This document shows, one piece after another, positions 14,506 to 36,159 of a stretch of 64,000 nucleotides of DNA. Both the position numbers and the translations under genes were made by a program. The stretch's first letter is position 1, and each line of letters opens with the position of its first letter. The notes under the pieces were generated by a model. The model was not told the origin of the DNA, made no database searches, and saw only the letters and a program-made list of their open reading frames with translations. The stretch comes from the human T2T-CHM13v2.0 reference genome, Homo sapiens: assembly GCF_009914755.1 (NCBI RefSeq), contig NC_060926.1; one strand, given 5' to 3'.

Positions 14506-15004
14506 TAAGTACGGAAAAACTATGAATTTTTTTTTCAACTTTTGTTTTAGGTTCAGGGGATACATGTGAAGGTTTGTTACTTTGGTACATTGAGTGATGC
14601 TAAGGTTTGGATTACAAATGGCCGAGGTACTGGGCATAGTATCTAATGTTTTTTCAACCCTCCCCACCTCTCCACTCTAGTAGTCCCCAGTTTCTACTGT
14701 TGCCAACTTTGTGTCCATGAGTACCCATTGTTTAGCTCCCACTTAAAAGTGAGAACATGAAGTATTTGGTTTTCTGTTTCTGCCTTAATTTCCTTAGGAT
14801 AATGGCCTCCAGCTGAATCCATGTTGCTGCAAAGGGCATGATTTTGTTCTTTTGTATGGCTATGTAGTATTCCGTGGCATATATGTATCATGTTTTCTTT
14901 ATCCATTCCATCACTGATGGAAACCTAGATAGATTACATGTCTTTCGTTATTGTGAATAATGCTTTGACAAACATGTGAGTACATGTTTCTTATTGGTAG
15001 AATG

Positions 15005-21770
<6,766 letters not shown>

Positions 21771-23893
21771 AATTTGTTTTCTTATAGCTGTATACTGAGT
21801 AATGAGATTGCTGAGTTGAATAGTAGTTCTAAGTTCTTTGAGAAATTGCCAAACTGCTTTCCACAGTAGTTGAACTAATTTACATTCTTATCAACAGTGT
21901 ATAAGAATTCCCTTTTCTCCACAGCTTTGCTGGTATCTATTGCTTTTTGACTTTCTTATCATAGCCAGTCTGACTGGTATAAGATGGTATCTCATTTTGG
22001 TTTTGATTTGCATTTCTCTGATGATTACTGATGCTGGACATTTTTTCATATGTCTGTTGGCCACTTGTGTGCCTTCTTTTGAGAAATGTCTGTTCATGTC
22101 TTTTGACTGTTTTTAATTATGGGCATTTGGTTTTTATTTGTTCAATTGTTTAATATCCTTATAGGCTCTGGATATTATACCCTTGTTGATACATAGTTTG
22201 TGAATATTTCCTTCCATTTTGTAGGATGTCTGTTTACTCTGTTGATAGTTTATATTGCTGTGAAGAAGCTCTTTAGTTTAATAAGGCCCCATTTGTCAAT
22301 TTTTGTTTTTGTTGCAATTGCTTTTGAGGACTTAGTCATAAATTCCTTCCCAAGGTCAACGTCCAGAATGGCGTTTCCTGGGTTTTCTTTTAAGATTCTT
22401 ACAGTTTGAGGTCTTACGTATGAATGTTTAATTTATCTTGAGATAATTTTTCTATATAGTGAAAGGCAGCAGTCCAGTTTCATTCTTCTGCATATGGCTA
22501 GCTAGCTATCCCAGCACCATTTATTGAATAGAAAGTCCTTTCCCCACTGCTTACTTTTATTGCTTTGTGAAAGTTCAGATGGTTGTAGGTGTGAAGCTTT
22601 AATTCTATTTTCTCTATTCTGTCCCAATCATCTATGAGTCTGTTTTTGTACCAGCCAACTGCCATTTTTGGTTACTGTAGCCTTATAGTATAGTTTGAAG
22701 TCAGGTAATGTGATGTCTCTGGCTTTGTTCTTTTTGCTTAGGATTGCTTTGGCTATTTGGGCTCTTTTTTGGTTCCATATGAGTTTTAGAATAGCTTTTT
22801 CTAGTTCTGTGAAAAATGATGTTGGTAGTTTGATAGGAATAGCATTGAATCTGTAGATTTCATTGGGCAGTATGGCCATTTTCATGATATTAATTCTTCC
22901 AATCAAATATCCTCCATTTGTTTGTGTCATCTCTGATTTCTTTTAGCAGTGTTTTGTAGTTCTCCTTGTAAAGATCTATCACCTCCTAGGTTAGATGTAT
23001 TCCTAGATATTTTATTTTTTGTGTGTCTGTTTTAAATGGGATTGCATTCTTATTTTGACTCTAAGCTTGAACATTATTAATATATAGAAATGGTACTGAT
23101 TTTTGTACATTGATTTTTTTTTTTTATCCTGCAACTTTCTTTATCGAAGTTGTTTATCAATCCCAAGAGCCTTTCAGTGGAGTCTTTGGGGGTTTTCTAG
23201 GTATAGAATCATATCATTCACAGCGAGAGATTGTTTGACATCTTCATTTCCCATTCGTATGCCTTTTATTTGTTTCTCTTAACTGAATGCTCTGCCTAGC
23301 CCTTCCAGTACTATGTTGGATAGCAGTAGTGACAGTGGGCATTCTTGTCTTCTTCCAGTTCTCAAGGGAATGCTTTCAACTTTTGCCTATTAAGTATGAT
23401 GTTGGCTGTGGGTTTGTCATAGATGGCTCTTATTATTTTGAGATATGTTCCTTCAATGACTAGTTTGTTGAGGGTTTTTATCATGCAGGAATATTCAATT
23501 ATATTGAAAGCTTTTTCCATGTTTCTGGAGATGATAATATGGCTTTGGTTTTTAACTCTATGTGTGGAATGACATTTATTGATTTGCATATATTGAACCA
23601 ACTTTGCACCCCAGAAGTGAAGCCTACATGATCATGTTGAAATAACTTTTCAAATTGCTGTTAAATTCAGTTTGCTAATATTTTGTTGAAGATTTTTGTG
23701 TCTATGTTCATCAGGGATATTGGCCTATGTTTTTTTTTTTCATCATGTCTTTGCCAAGTTTTGGTATCAGAGTAATGCTCTAATAATTCTACTAGGTGTA
23801 CAGTAATTCTACTAGGTGTACAGCTCCTCCTTGTACACCTAGTAGAATTCACCTGTGAGTTCATCTGGTCTGGGGATTTTCTTGATTGGTAGG

Positions 23894-24321
23894 TGTATTA
23901 GTCAGGGTTCTCTAGAGGGACAGAACTAATAGGATGGAGATATATATATAAAGTATTAACTTACATGATCACAAGGTTCCACAATAGACTGTCTGCAGGC
24001 TGAGGAGCAAGGAGAACCAGTCCGAGCCCCAAAAGTGAAGAACTTGGGGTCCAATGTTCGAGGGCAGGAAGCATCCAGCACAGGAGAAAGATGTAGTCCG
24101 GGATGCTAGGCCAGTCTTTCCTTTTCACGTTTTTTTTTGCCTGCTTTATATTTGCTGGCAGCTGATTAGATTGTGCTCACCAGATTAAGGGTGGATCTGC
24201 CTTCCCCAGCCCATTGTCTCAAATGTTAATCTCTTTTGGCAACACCCTCACAGACATACCCAAGATCAATACTTTGTATGCTTCAATCTAATCAAATTGA
24301 CACTCAGTATTAAACATCACA
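23894..24321 (-). mobile_element. MLT2A1 (HERV-L) solo LTR
   Basis: TG...CA termini, exact 5-bp TSD gtagg (23889-93, 24322-26); minus strand begins tgtgatgtttaatactgagtgtcaatttgattagattgaag. Confidence 0.92.
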
Positions 24322-27300
24322 GTAGGTTTTTTATTACTGATTCAATTTCAGGACTCAATATTGACCTGTTTTGTATTTCAGTTTCTTCCTGTTTCAATCT
24401 TGGGAGATTGTGTGTTTCCAGGAATTTATCTATTTACTCTAAATTTTTATAGTTTGTGTGCATAGAAGTGCTCATAATAGTCTCTGAGAAGGTTTCGTAT
24501 TTCTGTGTTTCTGTGGGTTTGGTTGTAATGTCACTTGTGCCATTACTGCTTGTGTTTGTTTGGATTTTCTGTCTGTTTTTTTCTTGTTAATCTTGTTAGA
24601 GATCTATTGATCTTGTTTGTCCTTTAATTTTTTGTTGCGTTGATTCTTTGTTTGAAACTTTGGATTTCAATTTCATTCATTTCTGCTCTGATTTTAGTTA
24701 TTTCTTTTCTTCTGCTAGCTTTGGGGTTAGCTTGTTCTTGTTTTTCTAGGTCCTCTAGATGTGATGTTAGATGGCTAAAATAAGATCTAACTTTTCAAGG
24801 TAGACCTTTAGCATTATAAACTTTCCTCTCAACACTGATTTTTCTGTATCCCAGATATTGTGATATGCTGTATAATTGTTTTCACTTATTTCAAAGAATT
24901 TTTTGATTTCTAGCTAATTTTTTTCCTCAAAAGTCATTCAGGAACAAGTTGTTTAATTTCTGTGTAATTGCTTGTTTATGGGGTTATTCTTGATATTGAT
25001 TTCTATTTTCATTCCACCGTGGCCTGAGAGTATTGTTTTTTTTTTTTTTTCTTTTCTTTCCCTTTCCCTCTTAGGGTGTGCAACAATTGGGAATGCTGAG
25101 CAAGGCTTTGCCCCTATATCCCTATGCACTTCTGTTGGAAGGTAAGATGTGGTGGCTCAGGCTGCTGATCCAGGTGAGCTGGTGCTCTGAGATCTAGAAA
25201 TCTGCCTGGGCATGGAGTGGAGAGGGCTTTGTTGCACAATGATCTATATCCAGTAAGAGTGGGGCACCTCAGGCTGCTGAACCCAATGCATGGGTGCTCA
25301 GAATGTCTGGAGACCTGCTTTAGGGTGAAGCAAAGACAGCCCCAATGTACCATGATCACAGGGGAACAGGCTGAGACAACCGTCAATGGCACATGCAGAC
25401 TGGTTCCAGGTCACTAAATTGGCTCTAGTTGTCTCATTGCCTAGGAGACACTGCAGCTATAGCAGTTGTCTTCCCACCCCAGGCTTGTAATAGGGAAGAG
25501 CACAATTCCTGCCTCTAGTGCTAAGACGCTTTCCACAGTTAGGGCTATGGAGGTCCCTACCCTGCTCCAGAGCTGGTGCTCCAGTCCCTGTCCAGAGATT
25601 AAAATGCCTGCATGGCCATGCTGGCGGATTGCCACAGAATGGCCGACTGTATGCACCTACCATAAAAATAATTTTCTTCTCTCAGTCCTGGATTGGGAAA
25701 AATATCTGAAGCTTTACCCAGTGTTTTTCCCTCACAGAATGTTCAAGCCTCTTCCCAAGACAGCTCCAGTGTTTGGGGAAAATAAAGTGCTCTCCCTTGG
25801 CCTGGGCCCTTGGATCCCAAGTGGAAAGGTGAGTCACGGAGGGAGGTGCTCTTCCTCTCTCATGTACTAGGACTTTACTCATTTTTGTAGCCAGATGCCA
25901 TCACAAGGGCCGTTTGCTGGCATTCTCATTTTTTGGATCAATGGTGTCCTTCACAATTCTGTGAAGGAAATTTCCATTTTCCTTCTTGATTTAAAGTTCA
26001 CAGAGTTGGTCTTTATGCACTATCTTGCTATTTCCAAGTGGTTGAGGCAGGCTAAAAGCCTCTAATCTACCATCTTGAAAAAAAACTGTCTTATCAAGTT
26101 TTAAACTCATGATCTGTGCCGTTACATAACTCCTAGAAGATGAGATATTTTCCACATCACAAAAATTTCCTACTATCCATATTGGTTGCCAGAAACATTA
26201 TAACCAAGCTTAAGAAAGTTACTCATAGCCAAATAATTTCAAAAGCAAAAATATGAAAAGTCTTCAAATATTTGTACCGCAAAAATTATATTTATTATTG
26301 TATGTAGATGCTTTTTAACGCATTTATTCTACTATGTGAGGCATCTCCAAAATAATTGTGTTAAACTACTGAGTTTAATTTTGAATCCTCAAATAGCCTT
26401 GTATTTTTATTGCTTTCCTGAACCCTAGGATGAACACAGCTTTTCCTTGAGTCTTTTCTTTGGAAACAGTCATTTTAAAGGACTCAGATATAATCTTAAA
26501 AGACAGCTATTGGTTAGAAGAAAAAACATAGCTAATATGCATGTACACACATATACATACATTAAATAGTTATAACACAGTGTTTCAGGAAAAGTGGCAG
26601 AAACTTGAAAGATCTGATATACTGAAGACATTAACAAAAAAAGAAATGAGAAAAGTAGGCCTTGATGACCTCAAGTAAACCTATGTGACTTATAGGGATA
26701 ATAATTTTCATTGGATTGAATGGAAAAATACAATGGGCAATATTGAGATGTCTGCAGTCTCAATTTAGAGAAGCTCTGATATTTGTTGGTATAGATCATT
26801 GTGTCAAAGGCAAGAAAAATATTCATTTAATGAGAATCTATCAGTCTAGGAATAGAGGCTGTGCTCCCAATGAAGGTTTATATATAGTACAACTGACTTA
26901 TTCCACTTGAACCAGTAAAGTTGGGTCAGCAGAAGCTTTCTTTAGTTATCTCTGAAATTGATAAAAGAAAGCTAACTAAAGTTAAGGGCTTTTACTTATT
27001 GATTGCTTCTACTGCAGCATTCACCCTGTATAAACAAAATGATAAAGATTTTTTTTTTTTAATTTTGGCAAACCACTCATGTCTGAACTGAAATGGAAAT
27101 CTTAGAACCAAACCGAAATTTTAGGTGTTTTTTCAGAATTTAGTTGCCTTTAAGATATGAATTATTTCTTTATGTTCTATCACTGTGAATTATGGATGAA
27201 GTAACTTGACATGTTATAAAAATGTGATAGTCTGTCTGAAATATTTTGATTACATATTTTTCTGAAGTCTTTTTCTTCTTTTTTCTTTAAATACAGTGTT

Positions 27301-27369
27301 CATTTCTCATAGTCTCCCATGCTTGAGGACTATCCTCTGAATAGTTAAGCTTGCTCTGAGCATGACAAG

Positions 27370-29638
27370 TGATATGGTTTGGCTGTGTCCCCACCCAAAT
27401 CTCAACTTAAATTGTATCTCCCAGAATTCTGACATGTTTTGGGAGGGACCCAGGGAGAGATAATTGAATCATGGGGGCCAGTCTTTCCCATGCTATTCAA
27501 GTGATAGTGAATAAGTCTCATGAGATCTGATGGGTTTATCAGGGGTTTCCGCTTTTGCTTCTTCCTCATTTTTTCTTGCTGCTGCTATGTAAGAAGTGTC
27601 TTTTGCCTCCCACCATGATTCTGAGGCTTCCCCAGCCACATGGAACTGTAAGTCCAATTAAACCTCCTTTTCTTCCCAGTCTCCAGTTGTCTTTATCAGC
27701 AGCATGAAAATGGACTAATACAGTAAGTTGGTATCAGTAGAGTGGGGCATTGTTGAATAGATACCTGAAAATGTAGAAGCAGCTTAGGAACTGGATAACA
27801 GGCAGAGATTGGAACAGTTTGAAGAGCTCAAAAAAGACAGGAAAACATGGGAAAGTTTGAAACTTTCTACAGACTTGTTGAATGGCTTCGCCCAAAATTC
27901 TATGGTGATATGGACAATAAAATCCAAGCTGAGGTGATCTCAGATGGAGATGAGGAACTTGTTGGGAACTGGAGCAAAGGTGACTCTTGTTATGTTTTAG
28001 CAAAGAGACTGGCGGCATTTTGCCCCTGCCCTAGAGATTTGATCTTGAGAGAGATGATTTAGGATATCTGGTGGAAGAAATTTCTAAGCAGCAAAGCATT
28101 CAAGAGGTGACTTGTATGCTGTTAAAGGCATTCAGTTTTATAAAGGAAGCAAAGCATAAAACTTTGGAAAAATTGCAGTCTGACTATGCAATAGAGAAGA
28201 AAATCCCATTTTCTGGGGAGAAATTCAAGCCGGCTGCAGAAATTTGCATAAGTAGCAAGGAGCCTAATGTTAATCTCCAAGACCATGGGGAAAATGTCTC
28301 AGGGCATATCAGAGAACTTCACAGCAGCCCCTCCCATCACGGACCTGGAGGCCCAGGAGAAAAAAGTGGTTTTGTGGGCTGGGCCCAGGGTCCCTGTGCT
28401 GTATGCAGCCTAGGGACTTGGTACCCTGTGTCCCAGCTGTGCCAGCTGTGGCTGAAAGGGGCCAATGTAGAGCTTGGGCTATGGCTTCAGAGAGTGGAAG
28501 CCCCAAGCCTTGGCATCTTCCATATGGTCTTGAGCCTGCAGATGGACAGACATCAAGAATTGAGGTTTGGGAACATCCACCTAGATTTCAGAAGATGTAT
28601 GATAATGCCTGGATGCCCAGGCAAAAGTTTGCTGCAGGGGCGGGATGCTCCTGGGGAACCTCTGCTAGGACAGTGCAGAAGGGAAATGTGGGGTATGATC
28701 CTCCACACAGAGTCCTTATTGGGGCACTGCCTAGTGGAGCTGTGGGAAGAGGGCCATCGTCCTCCAGACCCCAAAATGGTAGATCTACCAACAGCTTGCA
28801 CTTTGCACCTGGAAAAGCTGCAGATGCTCAATGTTAGCCCATGAAAGCAGCCAGGAGGGAGGCTGTACCCTGCAAAGCCACAGGGACGTAGCTGCCCAAG
28901 ACCATGGAAACCCACCTCTTGCATCAGCATGACCTGGATGTGAGACCTGGAGTTGAATGAGATCATTTTGGAGCTTTAAAATTTGACTGCCCCCTTGGAT
29001 TTTGGACTTGCATGGGCCCTGTAACCCCTTTGTTTTGGACAATTTCTCCCATTTGGAACTTCTGTATTTACCTAATATCTGTACTCTTATTGTATCTAGG
29101 AAGTAACTAGCTTGCTTTTGATTTTACAGGCTCCTAGACAGAAGAGACTTGCCTTGTCTCAAATGAGACTTTGGACTGTGGACTTTTGAGTTAATGCTGA
29201 AATGAGTTAAGACTTTGGGGGACCATTGGGAAGGCATGATTGGTTTTAAAAATGCGAGAACATGAGATTTGGAGGGGCTAGGGGTAGAATGAAATGGTTT
29301 GGCTGTGTCCCCATCCAAATCTCAGCTTGAATTGTGTCTCCCAGAATTCCCATGTATTGTGGGAGGGACCCAGGGGGAGGCAATTGAATAAGGCCAGACT
29401 TTCCCGTGCTATTCTTGTGATAGCAATTAAGTCTCATGAGATCTGATGGGTTTATCAGGGGTTTCCACTTTTGTTTCTTTCTCATTTTTTTCTTGCCACC
29501 ATGTAAGAAGTGCCGTTTGCCTCCTACCATGATTCTGAGGCCTCCCCAGCCATGTGGAACTGTAAGTGCAATTAAACCTCTTTTTCTTTCCAGTCTTGGG
29601 TATGTCTTTATCAGCAGCGTGAAAAATGGACTAATACA
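27370..29638 (+). mobile_element. Complete THE1A MaLR provirus: 5' LTR 27370-27722, internal 27723-29289, 3' LTR 29290-29638
   Basis: Two about 350-bp direct repeats with TG...CA; TSD acaag/gcaag; purine-rich tract before the 3' LTR; THE1A-type gggtttatcaggggtttcc; broken internal ORFs at 27847-28844. Confidence 0.95.
27461..27471 (+). promoter_or_regulatory. DUX4 consensus motif TAATTGAATCA in the THE1A 5' LTR
   Basis: Matches TAAYBBAATCA; DUX4 binding to THE1/MaLR LTRs is established; occupancy at this copy untested. Confidence 0.55.
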
Positions 29639-30544
29639 GCAAGTATTTGAAATATGTGGATAGGAATAAGAATTTTTGATTGAGACAAGGTAGGCTTATT
29701 TGAGATATCATAATTTACAAATAGCCTAAGAAACAGAATTTCTTGAAATTTATAGTTTACTTAGAATCAGTGGGAATCTTAAGAACTAGCAAATCTACCA
29801 TTGCTCATTCTTTTCCAGCTGCCTACTCCTGTACTAAACATTTTTTAAAATTGCTTTGGGAAAAGTAAATTTCCTTTCCTTTCACTAATGATCATAATAA
29901 ATAATATTTGGTGTAAAGCAGAAAAATCAGTAAGACAGAAAATGCAAGGAAAAAATTATGTAAAATCTATAACACTCAGAATCTGTTAAATACAGGATAT
30001 TTAAGAATTGACAATAATCCTCATCCTACTGTTTTTTATTTCTCAGCAAGTGCAATGAATGTTGGCATTGTTTCTCAGACTTTGGTATGACAGTAAACTA
30101 TAAAAGTATTTATTTGACACTAATTATAATTAAGGCATAGTGAGATAATCAATTGATGCAGTCTATAATTCCCTATTCTTAATTTTACAAAATAAAAATT
30201 CACAGCGATGGGAGACCTGGTCCAGCCCTGTCCATTGTGACCCACACCTCCTCAGGACTGAGCAGAAAGAGCTGCTGCAATGTAAGTTGATCTAACCTAG
30301 TTGGAAAGCAATTTATTAATAATAGTCAGAGACCTCAAATATGGATGTTCTTTGGGATTCTAATCTAATAAAATAATTAAAGTAGTCTAAATAATACAAA
30401 ATACAGATAAACTTCATGCATAATATTAATAATGGCTGACCATTATAAAGTACTTATTATTATAGAACAGCAACTGTGATATTTCAAATGGATCATACCG
30501 TATAATCATTATCAAAACAATTCTGACATATTTACTATTTCTTC

Positions 30545-30860
30545 CTATGATCTCAGTACTTTGGGAGGATCACTTCAGGTCAGGAGTTCAAGACCACCCT
30601 GGGCAATTTATTGAGGCCCCCATCTCTACAAACAATAAAAAAAATTAGCCAGTCATGGTGGCAAACAGTGGTAGTCCTAGCTACTCTGGAGGATGAGGAG
30701 GGAGGATCAACTGAGCCCAGAAGATTGAGGCTGCAGTGAGCTATGATCCTGTTACTGCACTCCAGCCTAGGTGACAGAGCAAGACCCTGTTTCTAAACAT
30801 ATATGAAAAAACAAAAATATAAAAATATAAATTAAAAGATAAAACAAAAATAAAACAGTA
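30545..30860 (+). mobile_element. AluJ (5' about 20-25 bp missing) within a minus-strand MIR relic (about 30430-30945)
   Basis: gaggctgcagtgagctatgatc, agaccctgtttct; degenerate A-rich tail. Confidence 0.85.
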
Positions 30861-30979
30861 AAATTTATTAATTGATGATTATACAACTAATAAGTGATAA
30901 AACTGGGATTAAAACTTAGTAGGTGGAAATTCAGAATTCACACATTTTTCGCATTTTGAAATTTTTTTAAAAGTCTGCA

Positions 30980-33312
<2,333 letters not shown>

Positions 33313-33380
33313 CTTTGACATCTATTAGCCAATTTCCCTGAATTCAATGTACTTTTTAGGAGAGGCAGCATGATAGAGAA

Positions 33381-33570
33381 CACTGGATCTCAAAGTGTGG
33401 TTCCCAGTCAGCAACATCAGCATCATCCAGGTATGACTAGTTAGAAATGCAAATTCTTGGGTTCTAGCCCAGACCTACTGAATCGTAAGCTCTGAGGTCT
33501 GATTCAGAAATCTGTGTCTTAATAAGCCCTCTATGTGACTGTCATGCATGCTAAAATTTAAGAACCACCA
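33381..33570 (+). mobile_element. MER5A hAT-Charlie MITE, inserted in a MIR (about 33360-33775)
   Basis: ctcaaagtgtggttccc...gttagaaatgcaaattctt...agacctactgaatc...agaaccac. Confidence 0.85.
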
Positions 33571-35050
33571 GTTTAGTAAAGGAAGAAAAATTTTATTGAA
33601 ATTACCTGAGTTTAATCACATTCCACACCCAACTTTGTAAATTTGTGCAAATTATTTAATCTTCCATTTCTTTCTTTACAAAGTTAAGGATAATAATAAG
33701 TATTGCATGGGTTTTCTATAAAGATTATATAATATTTGCTAGGAGTAGTGAGTGCTTAATAAATGGGAGTTATTGCCATAGGATGGTTCATTCTGAAAGG
33801 TCTAGCTAACAGCCCTTCACAAATGCCTAATATGCCTTACTCACATCTCATAAGACACTTCAGTGGCTAATATATTATGCCAAATTGGGATTCAAAAATA
33901 ATGGCTTTCTAATTTGGAAATGGTGTCCCTGATACAATTAGCTCTTTGCAACTAGAGAATCTATTATAGTCTGTTTGTTAAGTACTAAGCAAATTCTCCT
34001 TCTTACAGCATATCAATGATTAGCCTTGCTAGCTTTTGCGTATGGTGCAAATTAGGCACTTAAAGTGCATAAGCCGTTCTCAGGGAAATCCACAAAGTGG
34101 TAAGTGATAAACAAAATTGAACGCTCTCAATAAAGAATACCTGGGTTTTGTCAGCATTACCAGTAGGAAAAACTGCACAGAATACTCACCTTCTAATTGG
34201 CCCCTCTGTTAGAAAACAAATCTCTTGCCTACTGTGCTATAATACTGACAGGAAAAAGGTAAAAAATATAATTGTTATGGAAAGGGCCACTTCCTTGGCA
34301 GGCTTACCAGGCTATTATATTTTTTAGGAGCTGAACTTTCCCCAGGGTATTAATTACCCAAAATGACCACCTGGAGGCTGGGTGGGGTGGTGGGGAGCAC
34401 TTTGTTCAGGGTCTCAGGTTGCAGGGCTCTGTGATAAAAACACCCTCACCATCTGTGATAACCACCAGCAGCCAGCAGCAGCCAGGTAATGAGATCAAAT
34501 CATTCCCCTTAAACTTTAACCTGTCTGGGTAAGACAAAGGCTCAGCAAAGAGGATATGTCATTAAATTTAATTTAGACTTCTGGAGTTTAGACTTTTGTT
34601 TTTATCAATAAAATAAATGTTTAAACCTAAAGCCATTTGCAGGAGCAGACACAGTGAAGCTTTGACTTATTGCCTCTAGATAATGCTAGGTTCTTGCCAG
34701 TGCATACATTCCTAATAAAAGCAAGGCACATGAAAATGGCGACTGTTGTCTATTTAAAATATCTCTTCTGGTCTGTGTCCAGTGATCTTACACATATAAG
34801 CTTAACTTTTTTGGATGTTTACAATTTTTTTTGAGTTTGTGAATAATATTATAATTATGTTGAGCCTGAATTATAGGTTTGCATTTGCTAAGCAGAAGAC
34901 ACTGTCTGCACTAAATGACTTTTTAAAGAGTTTCCTAATGAGCAGTGGTGTTCAATATGTTGGGAGCTGTGAGCACCACATGAATCAAAGTGCTAGCTAT
35001 TAAAATAGGTCTTCTTAATTAAATGGAATTATATTTTCTTTAAAGGAGCT

Positions 35051-35100
35051 ATTTGACTTTATCAAACACATTACAATTTGACTTTATCAAACACGTTACA
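35051..35100. repeat. 25-bp tandem duplication
   Basis: atttgactttatcaaacac[a/g]ttaca x2, one mismatch. Confidence 0.95.
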
Positions 35101-36159
35101 AAGATATGGGGGATGAGTCAGACTCATTACAGGTGGTAAAGAAATGACTGGAGTTGAAATTAAAGTTTCCAATTTTCTCCCTCCTCTTCCTGCTCCTCTT
35201 CCCTCCATCTTCTGATTTAGTTGCTTTTAAACTGACAGCATTATAGATGTCTCATCTTCATGCTCACCCTGGTTTTTGCTTAAGGTCTTAGTGTGCCTCT
35301 GTCATTTTTGATTTCACAAATAACGCAGGTCACTCCATTACCTTGAACTTGCACATCACCATTACACATAGAAGACTGTAAATATTTTAAACATGATTTC
35401 TTGGTAATTTGTGGTTTAATAACTATGAAAATTAGCCTTACACATGTGTCAAGGAAAAGGCAAAAGAGGGAAAGACTAAATAAAAAGAGAACCAATAAGA
35501 AAGGCAAGTAAAATCTACATGCTATGTAGTCTATGATCACATAACTCCATGAAAAGTTTCCTTCCAAAATGTGTAACGTTTGTCACTACAATATTTGTTG
35601 AATATAAGTGATGAATGACTGAATGACTTTAGGTCTTGTTAGACTACTTAGTTGCCTGCTGGTGCACCATAACTATGATTACAGGAAAAATGGCCATGCG
35701 TGATTATAAGGCATCCAAATAAGACCCATTATGTTGTGAGCTAGTGCTTTTCTGTATTACCATATATCTACCAAGATGAGATACAGTCAGAGAGGTGAGG
35801 TTTATAAAACATTCTTAACTAAAATATTATTGAACAATGGAAGAAGGTGATAAAAATTAATAGCTATTATGTTATTTAAAAATTACTATGTTTTTTAAAA
35901 TCAAGAAGAGTTTTATCTCAGTGTTCTGCATACTAACCAACTTACCATGCACATTAGATAAATCCTAAATAATAATTTGTTATAAATCTTCAAGAAGTTA
36001 TTTTTCTGCTTATAAAAAATATGTTTATTGTTAAAAACTTAGAAAATAGATAAAATAAAAAGTAAAAAATACTTAGAATTCCACACATAAAAATAGCCTC
36101 TAACAGATTGGATATTTAGCTCATTCTTGCATAACATTTCCATATTTTTAAAATAATGG

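Noticed and set aside
23784-23849. Repeat plus hairpin superficially like a CRISPR repeat or terminator
   Set aside because: Eukaryotic L1 context, only two adjacent copies, no spacers or cas genes
27847-29042. Cluster of long overlapping ORFs (up to 257 aa)
   Set aside because: THE1A internal region; broken remnants and shadow frames
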